Assembly (NCBI GenBank): GCA_947474805.1
Contig: CANJKM010000001.1
Coordinates: 1-47,410, forward strand
Source: Caulobacterales bacterium
Lineage (GTDB): Bacteria > Pseudomonadota > Alphaproteobacteria > Caulobacterales > Caulobacteraceae
DNA: 47,410 nucleotides
Direction: 5' to 3'
Positions 1-8,914 of the stretch are shown here, one piece after another (the stretch's first letter is position 1; every line of letters starts with the position of its first letter). The position numbers and the translations under genes are program-made. Below the pieces are notes generated by a model, which saw only the letters and a program-made list of their open reading frames with translations, was not told the DNA's origin and ran no database searches.

Positions 1-602
1 AGTTCAAGATCAGCGTGAAGGCGTCCGACCCCTTCCTCACCGCCGCCGCCTATCAGCAGCTGGCCGAGGCCATCGACTGCCCCCTGCACCTGGGCGTCAC
101 CGAGGCCGGGGCCCTGCGCACCGGCACGGTCAAGTCGGCCATCGGCATGGGCGCCCTGCTCTGGGCCGGGATCGGCGACACCATCCGCGTCTCGCTCGCC
201 GCCGATCCAGTCGAGGAGATCAAAGTCGGCTTCGATATCCTCAAATCGCTCGGCCTGCGCCATCGCGGCGTCAACATCATCGCCTGCCCCTCCTGCGCCC
301 GTCAGGGCTTCAACGTCATCGAGACGGTGCAGAAGCTGGAAGAGCGCCTGGCCAGGGTCTCCACCCCCATCTCGCTGTCGATCATCGGCTGCGTGGTCAA
401 CGGCCCTGGCGAGGCCCTGATGACCGACGTGGGCTTCACCGGCGGCGGCAAGGGCGCGGGCATGGTCTATATGGCCGGCAAGCCCGACCATAAGCTCGAC
501 AACGCCGACATGGTCGAGCACATCGCCGAACTGGTGGAGAAGAAGGCGGCCGAGATCGAGGCCGCCAAGGCCGCCGAAACCACGTCCGTCGCCGCCGAGT
601 AG
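1..602 (+). CDS. ispG: 4-hydroxy-3-methylbut-2-enyl diphosphate synthase IspG/GcpE, C-terminal part (5' end outside window)
   Basis: The frame is open from the window edge. The Fe-S cluster motifs ACPSCARQG and [10 protein letters not shown] are typical of the IspG C-terminus. Stop at 602. Confidence 0.9.
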   Translation, partial: FKISVKASDPFLTAAAYQQLAEAIDCPLHLGVTEAGALRTGTVKSAIGMGALLWAGIGDTIRVSLAADPVEEIKVGFDILKSLGLRHRGVNIIACPSCARQGFNVIETVQKLEERLARVSTPISLSIIGCVVNGPGEALMTDVGFTGGGKGAGMVYMAGKPDHKLDNADMVEHIAELVEKKAAEIEAAKAAETTSVAAE

Positions 603-637
603 TTGCGGCGCGGCTCAGGCCGCTCTAGCAAGCGCCC

Positions 638-1714
638 ATGCATCTGCCCCAGGCCCGCCTCGACCAGCTTCTCGACCGTTTCCACGAGATCGAAGCCCGC
701 ATGGGCGCGGCCTCCGACGGGACCGAGATCGTCAAGCTCGCCAAGGAGCATTCCGAGCTGAAGCCGGTGGCCGAGGCCATCTCCAACCTGTCCAAGGCCC
801 GGACCGAGCGCGCCGAGCTGGAGGAGATGGCCGCCGGCGGCGACCCCGAAATGGCCGGCATGGCCAAGGACGAGCTTCGCCTGCTCGAGGACAAGCTGCC
901 CGAGATGGAGCGTGGGGTGGCCCTGCTGCTCGCGCCCAAGGACAAGGACGAGCACGCCTCGGCCATCCTGGAGGTCCGCGCCGGCACCGGCGGCGACGAG
1001 GCGGCCCTTTTCGCCGGCGATCTCTTCCGCATGTACAGCCGCTATGCCCAGAACCAGGGCTGGCGGGTCGAGGTCCAGGACGCCTCCGAGGGCGAAATGG
1101 GCGGCTATAAGGAAATCATCGCCTCGGTCACCGGCGACGGCGTCTTCGGCAAGCTGAAGTTCGAGAGCGGCGTCCACCGGGTCCAGCGCGTGCCGGCCAC
1201 CGAAGCCCAGGGCCGCATCCACACCTCGGCCGCGACCGTCGCGGTCCTGCCCGAGGTCGAGGACGTCGATATCGTCATCAACGACGCCGACATCCGCATC
1301 GACACCTTCCGCTCCCAGGGCGCCGGCGGCCAGCACGTCAACACCACCGACAGCGCCGTGCGCATCACCCACTTGCCGACCGGCGTGGTGGTGACCTCTT
1401 CGCAGAAGAACCAGCACGAGAACAAGCGCAAGGCGATGCTGAACCTGAAGGCGCGCCTCTACGACATGCAGCGCCAGGCGCTCGACGACGCCCGCTCCGA
1501 CGCGCGCAAGAGCCAGGTCGGCTCGGGCGACCGCTCCGAGCGCATCCGCACCTACAACTTCCCGCAAGGAAGGGTGTCGGACCACCGGATCAACCTGACC
1601 CTCTACAACCTGCCCAAGGTGATGGAGGGCGAGGGCCTGGACGAACTGATCGACGCCCTGATCGCCGACGACCAGGCCCAGCGGCTGGCCACGCTGGAAG
1701 ACAGCTTCGGTTAG
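638..1714 (+). CDS. prfA: peptide chain release factor 1
   Basis: Has the GGQ motif ([24 protein letters not shown]) and the RF1-type PxT tripeptide (VPATE). 358 aa. prmC lies nearby. Confidence 0.95.
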   Translation: MHLPQARLDQLLDRFHEIEARMGAASDGTEIVKLAKEHSELKPVAEAISNLSKARTERAELEEMAAGGDPEMAGMAKDELRLLEDKLPEMERGVALLLAPKDKDEHASAILEVRAGTGGDEAALFAGDLFRMYSRYAQNQGWRVEVQDASEGEMGGYKEIIASVTGDGVFGKLKFESGVHRVQRVPATEAQGRIHTSAATVAVLPEVEDVDIVINDADIRIDTFRSQGAGGQHVNTTDSAVRITHLPTGVVVTSSQKNQHENKRKAMLNLKARLYDMQRQALDDARSDARKSQVGSGDRSERIRTYNFPQGRVSDHRINLTLYNLPKVMEGEGLDELIDALIADDQAQRLATLEDSFG

Positions 1715-1750
1715 GGGCGTCCCTTTCCGCCGCCCGTGTATATTGGGGCC

Positions 1751-2566
1751 ATGCATGGCCGCATCGCCGCCCTCTATCGCCACCCCGTCAAGGGGTTCAC
1801 GCCCGAGCCGCTGACGCGCGTGCGGCTGGAGGCCGGCGGCTTCTTCCCGGCCGACAGGATGTTCGCTCTGGAGAACGGCCCCTCGGGCTTTGACGAGACC
1901 GATCCGCGCCACGTCTCGAAGTTCGCCTTCGCGGTCCTGGCCACCCTGCCGCAACTGGTGAAGGCCAAGACCTGGTTCGACGAGGGCAAGGGCGTGCTGC
2001 ACGTCTCCGCCGACGGCGGCCGCCACGCCGCCCTTCCCCTTTCGACCGCGCAAGGGCGCCAGGCCTTCGCCGACTGGGTCGAGGGCTTTCTCGGCAAGGA
2101 TATCGTCGACGGCCCGCTGAAGCTCCGGTTGGCGCCCGGCCACCGCTTCACCGACCACGCCCAGGGCCATGTCTCGCTGATCAACCTCGCCAGCCTGCGC
2201 GAGCTGGAGGCGCGGATCGGCGTCACGGTCGATCCCCTGCGCTTTCGGGCCAATCTCCATGTCGACGGCTGGCCGGCCTGGGCGGAGCTCGATCTCGCCA
2301 AGGGTCATCTGATGGCCGCCGGCCCGGCGCGGCTCAAGGGTTTCCGCCGCACCATCCGCTGCATCGCCACCCACGCTGACCCGGAGACCGGCGAGCGCGA
2401 CATCGACCTCTGCGGCGCCCTGATGGCCCACTACGGCCACGCCTATTTCGGCGTCTATCTGAACGTCGCCGAGGGCGGCGAGATCGTCGTCGGCGATTCG
2501 GCCCTGACCGAATACGAGCCGACCTCCGAGCTCAACCTTGCCCCGGCCCCCAAGCCGGGCCAGTAA
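1751..2566 (+). CDS. MOSC domain-containing protein
   Basis: N-terminal HPVKGF beta-barrel signature and a conserved Cys near the C-terminus (TIRCIATHADPETGERD). An alternative GTG start lies at 1736. Confidence 0.8.
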   Translation: MHGRIAALYRHPVKGFTPEPLTRVRLEAGGFFPADRMFALENGPSGFDETDPRHVSKFAFAVLATLPQLVKAKTWFDEGKGVLHVSADGGRHAALPLSTAQGRQAFADWVEGFLGKDIVDGPLKLRLAPGHRFTDHAQGHVSLINLASLRELEARIGVTVDPLRFRANLHVDGWPAWAELDLAKGHLMAAGPARLKGFRRTIRCIATHADPETGERDIDLCGALMAHYGHAYFGVYLNVAEGGEIVVGDSALTEYEPTSELNLAPAPKPGQ

Positions 2567-2574
2567 GCGTTGGC

Positions 2575-3438
2575 ATGACCGACACCCTGCTCACCGCCTG
2601 GACCGGCGCCCGCGACCGCCTGAAGGCGGCCCAGATCGACAGCCCGGTGATCGACGCCCGCATCCTGGTCGAAGCCGCCTGCGCCGCGACCCGCACCGAC
2701 ATCATCACCGACCCCTACCGCGCGGTGACGCCAGAGCAGATGGCGACCCTGACCGGCTATCTGGAGCGGCGCGAACGGCGCGAGCCCGTGGCCCGGATCA
2801 TCGGCCGCAAGGGCTTCTGGAAGATCATGCTGAACGTTGATTCCAACGTGCTGATCCCCCGCCCCGACACCGAGGTGGTGGTGGACATGGCGCTGAAGTC
2901 GACCGGCGAGGCCGACGCCCTGCGGGTGCTGGATCTCGGCGTCGGCTCGGGCGCCATCATCCTCTCCATTCTGGCCGAGCGCCCCAACGCCCACGGGCTG
3001 GGCGTCGACGTCTCCTCAGAGGCCCTGGCGGTGGCGCGCGAGAACGCCTCCCAGCTCGGCCTTGAGGGGCGGCTCGCCCTACTGCGCGGCGACTGGACCT
3101 ATGGCCTGGCCGACGCCGAGTTCGACGTGGTGGTCTCCAACCCGCCCTATATCGCTTCGGACGAGATCGAGACGCTCGAACCGGAAGTGAAACACCACGA
3201 GCCCCGCCTGGCGCTCGACGGCGGCCCGGACGGGCTCGACGCCTACCGCCTGCTCGCGCCGGAGATCCTGCGGGTGCTGAAACCCGGCGGCCTCTTCCTG
3301 GTCGAGATCGGCTGGACCCAGTCGGAGGACGTCATGGCCCTGTTCAAGGCGGCCGGCGCCGCGAGCGTCGTGACGGTCAAGGATCTGTCGGACCGCGACC
3401 GCGTCGTCATGGGCCGAAGAAACCCCTTGGAAAGCTGA
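2575..3438 (+). CDS. prmC: release factor glutamine N5-methyltransferase PrmC/HemK
   Basis: NPPY catalytic motif (VVSNPPYI) and SAM-binding VLDLGVGSGAI. Lies in a prfA neighbourhood. Confidence 0.92.
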   Translation: MTDTLLTAWTGARDRLKAAQIDSPVIDARILVEAACAATRTDIITDPYRAVTPEQMATLTGYLERRERREPVARIIGRKGFWKIMLNVDSNVLIPRPDTEVVVDMALKSTGEADALRVLDLGVGSGAIILSILAERPNAHGLGVDVSSEALAVARENASQLGLEGRLALLRGDWTYGLADAEFDVVVSNPPYIASDEIETLEPEVKHHEPRLALDGGPDGLDAYRLLAPEILRVLKPGGLFLVEIGWTQSEDVMALFKAAGAASVVTVKDLSDRDRVVMGRRNPLES

Positions 3439-3644
3439 GTCCTATTCGCTAGACCAAGGCTGTCTCCACCTAAATTCGCTGGTGTGGTCGCAGGCCTCCG
3501 CGGGCCCCGCGCCGCCGGCGTCAGGCGAAGCCAAGGTTTGTTTGGCCCGCCGATGGAGACAAAAACCAACGGCCTTGACGACCTGCAGCCCCGACGGGGC
3601 CGCCGCCAAGCCCAGGGGCAGCCCTCGCGGACCGGTACCGAACG

Positions 3645-4604
3645 ATGAGAGATTTCAAGGGCATGAAGCGGCAACGCGGCCGCAACCGCAGCGGCGGTGG
3701 CGGAGGCAACGGCGGCGGGGGGGGCAAACAGCCCCACAACGTCAACCGCGCCTTCGATTCCAACGGGCCCGACAACGTCAAGATTCGCGGCCACGCCCAG
3801 CACGTCTACGAAAAGTACCAGCAGCTCGCCCGCGACGCCTCGGCCTCGTCGGACCGGGTCCTGGCCGAGAACTATCTCCAGCACGCCGAGCACTATTTCC
3901 GCCTGCTGCGCCAGCTGCAGCCCCAGCGTCCGCCCGCGGAGATCATGGGCCGCGACGCCTTCGCCTCGGGCTATGACATCGATTTCGAGGACGAGAGCGC
4001 GCTCGAATACGATCCCAACCAGCCTTCCCCGCCGCCGGCCGAACCGGCCGCCGAGGCGCCCGCCGAAGCCGGCCAGGGCGAGGGCCAGCCGAACCAGAAC
4101 AATCAGAACGGCGACTATCGCCAGGACCGTCCGCGCGACCGCGACTTCCAGCGCGATCGCGACCGTCCCCAGGGCGGCAATTTCAATCGCGACCGTGATC
4201 GCGACCGTCCCCGCGACGACCGCCCCCGTGACGACCGTCCTCGCGATGATCGGCCCCGCGACGACCGTCCCCGTGACGACCGCCCGCGTGAGGATCGTCC
4301 GCCGCGCGAGGACCGCCCTCAGCGCGACCGCGACTTCAACCGCGACCGTGACCGCAACCGCGACGACCGCCCCCGCGAGGATCGGCCGCCGCGCGAGGAG
4401 CGCCCCGCCGTCGCCGCCGAATCCGCTCCGGAATCCTCGGCCCAGCCCGCCAGCATGCTGCGCTCGCAGGACGGCGAGGTCAGCCACGCCCCGGCCTTCC
4501 TCAGCGCCCCCTCGGCGGCCCCTCCGGCCGACGGCGAGGTCAAGAAGGCCCGCGGCCGTCCGCGCAAGAAGCCGGCCGAGTCCGAGGCGGCTTCCGAGGA
4601 CTAG
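3645..4604 (+). CDS. DUF4167 domain-containing protein with an Arg/Asp/Pro-rich repeat tail
   Basis: The N-terminus (RGRNR, G-rich stretch, VNRAFDSNGPDNVKIRGHAQHVYEKYQQLARDA, AENYLQHAEHYFRL) matches the alphaproteobacterial DUF4167 family as I remember it. An alternative ATG lies at 3663. Confidence 0.85.
   Translation: MRDFKGMKRQRGRNRSGGGGGNGGGGGKQPHNVNRAFDSNGPDNVKIRGHAQHVYEKYQQLARDASASSDRVLAENYLQHAEHYFRLLRQLQPQRPPAEIMGRDAFASGYDIDFEDESALEYDPNQPSPPPAEPAAEAPAEAGQGEGQPNQNNQNGDYRQDRPRDRDFQRDRDRPQGGNFNRDRDRDRPRDDRPRDDRPRDDRPRDDRPRDDRPREDRPPREDRPQRDRDFNRDRDRNRDDRPREDRPPREERPAVAAESAPESSAQPASMLRSQDGEVSHAPAFLSAPSAAPPADGEVKKARGRPRKKPAESEAASED
4203..4310 (+). repeat. in-frame 15-nt tandem repeat encoding (DRPRD)x5 plus degenerate units DRPRE, DRPPRE and DRPQR
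   Basis: Read directly: gac cgt ccc cgc gac / gac cgc ccc cgt gac / gac cgt cct cgc gat / gat cgg ccc cgc gac / gac cgt ccc cgt gac. The peptide is identical between units, while synonymous positions differ. Confidence 0.85.
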
Positions 4605-4628
4605 TCGGGCCCAGCCCCAGAGCACGAT

Positions 4629-4654
4629 GCGATCAGACGGAACCGTCTGATCGT
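4629..4654. other. perfect palindrome gatcagacgg-aa-ccgtctgatc (hairpin) in a convergent intergenic gap
   Basis: 10-nt arms at 4631-4640 and 4643-4652, read directly. There is no flanking U-run, so terminator function is uncertain. Confidence 0.4.
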
Positions 4655-4680
4655 TGAATCGCGCTCTAACTTCAGAAGTG

Positions 4681-4721
4681 TAGAGCCGGATTCAGGCTTC
4701 GAGAGAAGCCATCCGGCTCTA
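4681..4721. other. extended imperfect hairpin overlapping the permease stop codon
   Basis: tagagccggat (4681-4691) pairs with atccggctcta (4711-4721). The inner stem is ggcttc-gaga-gaagcc. Locally lower GC. Confidence 0.4.
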
Positions 4722-6089
4722 ATCTGGATCGACGGGGCGCCAGCCCCGTCGCTTCAACACCATGAGATAATAGGCCGCGCCCGCGCCCAGCACGGCGGCG
4801 CTGGCGATCAGGCTCGTGCGGCCCGCCTCCGGGTCGAGCGCGTCGGCGCCGATCACCACCGCCAGCGCCAGCAGCGCAGCGATCGGCGGCAGGGGGAAGA
4901 GCGGCATCTTCCAGCGTCCCTCCCGCGCCCCGGCCGTGCGCCCCCGCGCCAGCGCCGCCGCGCAGAGGGCGACATAGATCAGGGTCAGCCCGGTCCCCGT
5001 CACCACCAGCAAGAGGTCGAGCGGCGCGCAGGAGACGGCGGCGGCGAGCCCGCCCGAGACCAGTGTGGCGATCCAGGGCGAGCCCCAGCGGGTATGGGTG
5101 CGCGACAGGGCCCGGTCGAGCGGCGGCGCGAAGGCCCCGTCGCGGCCCATGGCGTAGAGCTGGCGCGCGGTCAGCAGCACGCCGGCGATGACGGCGTTGA
5201 CGATGGCCAGGGCCACCCCCGCGCTGATCGCCGCCGAGACGGCGCCGCCGGCCCGCGCGCTCATGAAGGCCGGCAGCATGCCTTCGCCGGCGCGGAACAG
5301 GCCGCCGAGGTCGGGCGCACCGACCAGCAGGGCGACGATGGGGATCAGCTCGGCGGTGACCGCCAGGCCCAGGGTGGTCAGCACCACCCGCGCGATCCGC
5401 TCGTGCGGGCCCTCCACCTCCTCGCTGAAATAGACGGCGGCGCCATAGCCGTCATAGGCGAAGACGGCGACCGTCACGGCCAGGCCGATCGCCGCCATGG
5501 GCGCGGCGGTCACCCCCGCGCCGGCCAGCATCACCGGGTGCAGCAGGATCTCGGAGAGCGGCCGGGCCGGGTGGCTGAAGCCGAGCACGGACAGCGCGAC
5601 CAGGGCCCCCAGCTCGACCATCAGGAAGGCGCCGGTGATCCAGGCGTTGGTCCGGATGTTGAGCACGCCGAGCAGCGTCGCCGCCCCGATCACACCGAGC
5701 GCGGTCAGCCGGGGGTCGAGGCTCGGCAGCAGGGGCTCAAGATAGGTGGCGGTCCCGAGCGCCAGCACGGCGCAGATGGCGACGGAGTTGAACAGGTTCA
5801 GCCCCAGCACCATGAAGCCGGGCAGGGGACCGAGCGTGCGACCGACCATCACATATTCGCCGCCCGCGTGCGGATAGGCCGAGGCCAGCTCGGCATAGAC
5901 CGCCGCCATCGCCAGCCCCACCACGGCGGCGAGCAGCATGGCCCAGACCGCGCCCGATCCGGCGGCCGCGATCACTCCGGGCGCGATGATGAAGACCGAG
6001 GCCGCGGGCGTGGTCGCAGACAGGGTGAGAAACAGCGCCCCCGTCCCCTTCATGCTGCGCTCGAGCGGGCGGACGGTCGGGCGGATCAA
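4719..6089 (-). CDS. APC family amino acid/polyamine permease
   Basis: 456 aa, polytopic and hydrophobic throughout, with a typical APC N-terminus. A TTG start at 6089 is preceded by GGAGA 5 nt upstream. The internal ATG at 6053 lacks an SD. Confidence 0.85.
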   Translation of the reverse strand: MIRPTVRPLERSMKGTGALFLTLSATTPAASVFIIAPGVIAAAGSGAVWAMLLAAVVGLAMAAVYAELASAYPHAGGEYVMVGRTLGPLPGFMVLGLNLFNSVAICAVLALGTATYLEPLLPSLDPRLTALGVIGAATLLGVLNIRTNAWITGAFLMVELGALVALSVLGFSHPARPLSEILLHPVMLAGAGVTAAPMAAIGLAVTVAVFAYDGYGAAVYFSEEVEGPHERIARVVLTTLGLAVTAELIPIVALLVGAPDLGGLFRAGEGMLPAFMSARAGGAVSAAISAGVALAIVNAVIAGVLLTARQLYAMGRDGAFAPPLDRALSRTHTRWGSPWIATLVSGGLAAAVSCAPLDLLLVVTGTGLTLIYVALCAAALARGRTAGAREGRWKMPLFPLPPIAALLALAVVIGADALDPEAGRTSLIASAAVLGAGAAYYLMVLKRRGWRPVDPD

Positions 6090-6094
6090 GCGGG

Positions 6095-6146
6095 TCTCCT
6101 GAAGCGTTGCAGGAGGATAGGGACTTTTTTCCCATCGTCATCCTCC
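6095..6146 (-). promoter_or_regulatory. candidate translational-control leader of the APC permease (mutually exclusive pairings around the SD)
   Basis: On the minus-strand RNA, GGAGGAU (6146-6140) and CAGGAG (SD, 6101-6096) can each pair with AUCCUCCUG (6118-6110). Confidence 0.3.
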
Positions 6147-6243
6147 GGCAGGCCCCGGGTCCAGCCATAGGCTGGCCCGAGGACAGGCTACGCGGACCGG
6201 GGGACCCAAGCGACATCCCAGCTTCGGCCGCCCTGGCTTGGGT

Positions 6244-6262
6244 GGCCCGATCAAGTCGGGCC
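6244..6262. repeat. REP-like hairpin ggcccga-tcaag-tcgggcc
   Basis: 7-bp stem with a 5-nt loop, just downstream of the phoB stop. Same architecture as the hairpin at 34527-34547. Confidence 0.4.
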
Positions 6263-6280
6263 ATGACGGCTTTGGAAAAC

Positions 6281-6967
6281 CTAGGACGCGAGCGCGTAGC
6301 CCGCGGACCGCACCGTTCGCACCGGATCGCCCGGCGCCGCCGCCATCAGCGCCTTGCGAAGGCGGCCGATGTGCACGTCCACCGTCCGCGCCTCGACATA
6401 GATGTCCGAGCCCCAGACCGCGTCCAAGAGCTGCTCGCGGCTGAACACCCGGCCCGGGTGCTGCATCAGATGCTCCAGCAGCCGGTATTCGGTCGGCCCC
6501 AGATGGATGTCGACATCCCCCCGCCGCACCCGGTGGGCGGTGCGGTCGATCACGATGTCGCCGTGCTCCAGCCGCTCCTCGGATAGGCCCGGCCGGATCC
6601 GGCGCAGCACCGCCCGGATGCGGGCCGTCAGCTCGGGCATGGCGAAGGGCTTGGTCAGATAATCGTCGGCGCCCATGTCGAGCCCGCGCACCCGGTCGCT
6701 CTCCTCGCCGCGCGCGGTCAGCATGACGATAGGCAGGTTGCGGGTCTTGGCCCCGCCGCGCAGGCGCCGGCAGACCTCGATCCCGGAGATTTTCGGCAGC
6801 ATCCAGTCGAGCACGAGGAGATCCGGCTGGCGCTCGTCGACCATCACCATGGCCTCGTCACCGTCGGTGGCGACCGCGACGGTGTAGCCGGACTTCTCGA
6901 GATTATACTGCAGCAGGGCGGCCAGGGCTTCGTCATCCTCGGCCACGACGACATAGGCGCCCTTCAT
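6281..6967 (-). CDS. phoB: phosphate regulon response regulator PhoB (OmpR family)
   Basis: REC domain with LLVLDWMLP, and a winged-helix C-terminus. 4-nt overlap with upstream phoU. Confidence 0.9.
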   Translation of the reverse strand: MKGAYVVVAEDDEALAALLQYNLEKSGYTVAVATDGDEAMVMVDERQPDLLVLDWMLPKISGIEVCRRLRGGAKTRNLPIVMLTARGEESDRVRGLDMGADDYLTKPFAMPELTARIRAVLRRIRPGLSEERLEHGDIVIDRTAHRVRRGDVDIHLGPTEYRLLEHLMQHPGRVFSREQLLDAVWGSDIYVEARTVDVHIGRLRKALMAAAPGDPVRTVRSAGYALAS

Positions 6968-7650
6968 GCGCCTGAACCCTTGGGCCGCTCGCCTTCCAGC
7001 TCATCGCCGGTGACCTCGTGATAGAGGATCTCCGAGACGGTGGTGGCGTAGTCGCCGATCCGCTCCAGGTTCTTGGCCACGAACAGCAGGTGGGCGGCCG
7101 CCTGGATCGTGCGCGGGTCGCTCATCATATAGGTCAGAAGCTCGCGGAACAGGCTCTCGTAATGCTCGTCGACCTCCTGGTCGGCGGCCCAGATCTGCCT
7201 CGCACGGTCCAGGTCGGCGGCGGCGTAGGCGTCGAGCGATTGCTTCAGCCGCGTCCCCACCAGCCTGCCCATCCGGTCGATCGAGCGGGTCATGGGGGTG
7301 ATCGGGTCGCTCTCGGCGATGACCAGGGCGCGTTTGGCGATGTTCTTGGCGTAGTCGCCGGCCCGCTCCAGGGCCAGGCTCAGCTTCAGCGCCCCGACCG
7401 TGCGGCGCAGGTCCTGGGCGACCGGCTGGCGCAAGGCGATCATCCGCACCGCCTCGCGCTCGATCTCGCTCTGCAGGATGTCCAGCTTGCGGTCGCGCTC
7501 GATCACCTGCTGGGCCAGGCGCACGTCGCGCTTGGCCACGGCGGCGACGGCGTCGGCCAGTTGCGCCTCGACCAGGCCGCCCATGCGAGCGATCTCGGCC
7601 TTCAACCGCTCCAGCTCTTCGCCGAAGAATTTGAGGGTGTGCTCGTTCAT
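6964..7650 (-). CDS. phoU: phosphate signalling complex protein PhoU
   Basis: 228 aa with a two-repeat helical PhoU architecture. Located between a PhoR-like kinase and phoB. Confidence 0.92.
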   Translation of the reverse strand: MNEHTLKFFGEELERLKAEIARMGGLVEAQLADAVAAVAKRDVRLAQQVIERDRKLDILQSEIEREAVRMIALRQPVAQDLRRTVGALKLSLALERAGDYAKNIAKRALVIAESDPITPMTRSIDRMGRLVGTRLKQSLDAYAAADLDRARQIWAADQEVDEHYESLFRELLTYMMSDPRTIQAAAHLLFVAKNLERIGDYATTVSEILYHEVTGDELEGERPKGSGA

Positions 7651-7705
7651 GACCCCAACCTTGTCGGCCCGCGTTTATCGCGAGCCCATGACGCTTTTGC
7701 GAAGG

Positions 7706-8914
7706 TTATGCTTGGGCCGCCGGCAGCGCGACGGTGAACACCGAGCCCAGCCCCGGCGCGCTTTCCACAGTCAGCGCCCCGCGGTGGCGGTTGACGATGT
7801 GCTTGACGATGGCGAGCCCCAGGCCCGTGCCGCCGCGCTCGACGCTCTTCTGGCCCTCGACCCGATAGAAGCGCTCGGTCAGACGGGGCAGGCTGGTCCG
7901 CTCCATGCCGACGCCATTGTCTGCGACCTCCAGCCCGACATAGAGCTGGCCGGGCTCCAGCTCTGGTGTGATCAGGGCGAGGCGTCCACCGCCGTTGGCT
8001 GTGGTGCGCGGGCTCGCCGGGTCGGACGCCATCAGGGCGTCCAGAGGGCCGGGGCCCAGCACGCGAATGCGCACCGCACCGCCCTCGGGCGCGTATTTCA
8101 GTCCGTTCTCGATCAGGTTTTGGGCCACCTGGATCAGCTGGTCGCGCGAGCCCTGGGCGGGCCCGGGTCCGTGCTTCTCCAGCTTCACCGTCACTTTGCG
8201 GCTGGCCGCTAGGGGCGCCAGAGCCTCGGCCACCTCGGTCGCCGCCTGGGCTAGGTCGTAATCGCCGGTGGGCGGCAGGTGCTCGTCGAGTTCGATCCGC
8301 GACAGGGCGAGGAGGTCGTCGACCAACCGGATCATCCGCGCCGCCTGACCGGCCATGATCAGCAGGAACCGCGCCCGCGCCGGGGCGTCATTCTTGGCCG
8401 GTCCCTGCAGGGTCTCGATGAAGCCGGCGATCGAGGCCAGCGGCGTTCTCAGTTCATGACTGGCGTTGGCCAGGAAGTCCGCCCGCATCCGGGCATTGCG
8501 CCGCGCGTCGGTCTCGTCGCGCATCAGCAGCAGGATGGTTCGCTCGGCGCCGGGGGTTGTGACCTGGGCCAGGGGGGTGGCGGTCACCCGCCAGATCCGC
8601 TCGCCCGATTCATAGACGACATTCTCCTCGATCCGGCCCCACAGCGCCGTCTCGACGGCCTCCAGCACCTCGGGTCGGCGCAGGCTGGCGGCCAGGGGGC
8701 CCCCGGTGCGGGGCATATTCAGCAGGGCGCGGGCGGCGGCGTTGGCCATGACCAGGCGCGGCGCCTGTCCGCTGTCGCCGGAGACCAGCATCAAGGGATC
8801 GGGCAGGGCCTCGACCACCGAGGCGAACGGCGGCGCGGCGGCGGTCTCGGCCGGCGTCGGTCGGGATTCGCGTCGAAAGAATCGGGGGAGCTCGATCATG
8901 GCCATCTGGTTCAA
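7706..8914 (-). CDS. phoR: PhoR-like PAS sensor histidine kinase with no predicted transmembrane segment
   Basis: H-box FLANASHELRTPLASIAGFIETL, HATPase G-boxes (DNGVGM, GGTGLGLAIVKHIV) and an N-terminal PAS-like region. TTG start at 8914, with alternative ATGs at 8905 and 8899. Confidence 0.75.
   Translation of the reverse strand: MNQMAMIELPRFFRRESRPTPAETAAAPPFASVVEALPDPLMLVSGDSGQAPRLVMANAAARALLNMPRTGGPLAASLRRPEVLEAVETALWGRIEENVVYESGERIWRVTATPLAQVTTPGAERTILLLMRDETDARRNARMRADFLANASHELRTPLASIAGFIETLQGPAKNDAPARARFLLIMAGQAARMIRLVDDLLALSRIELDEHLPPTGDYDLAQAATEVAEALAPLAASRKVTVKLEKHGPGPAQGSRDQLIQVAQNLIENGLKYAPEGGAVRIRVLGPGPLDALMASDPASPRTTANGGGRLALITPELEPGQLYVGLEVADNGVGMERTSLPRLTERFYRVEGQKSVERGGTGLGLAIVKHIVNRHRGALTVESAPGLGSVFTVALPAAQA

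Noticed and set aside
467-2440. 657-aa minus-strand ORF spanning ispG, prfA and the MOSC gene
   Set aside because: It lies antisense to three genes with unmistakable motifs. Its translation is low-complexity (G/A/L/R/D/V/H-rich) with no domain. This is a typical stop-poor shadow frame in high-GC DNA.
4119-4403. Regular short repeats as a possible CRISPR array
   Set aside because: The 15-nt units are contiguous with no spacers, lie in frame inside a CDS and encode a pentapeptide repeat. There are no cas genes.
3243-4625. 460-aa minus-strand ORF and 317-aa alternate plus-frame ORF over the DUF4167 gene
   Set aside because: Both are repeat-driven shadow frames of the R/D/P repeat region (poly-V/A/T/R translations). 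The DUF4167 frame has the conserved N-terminal domain.
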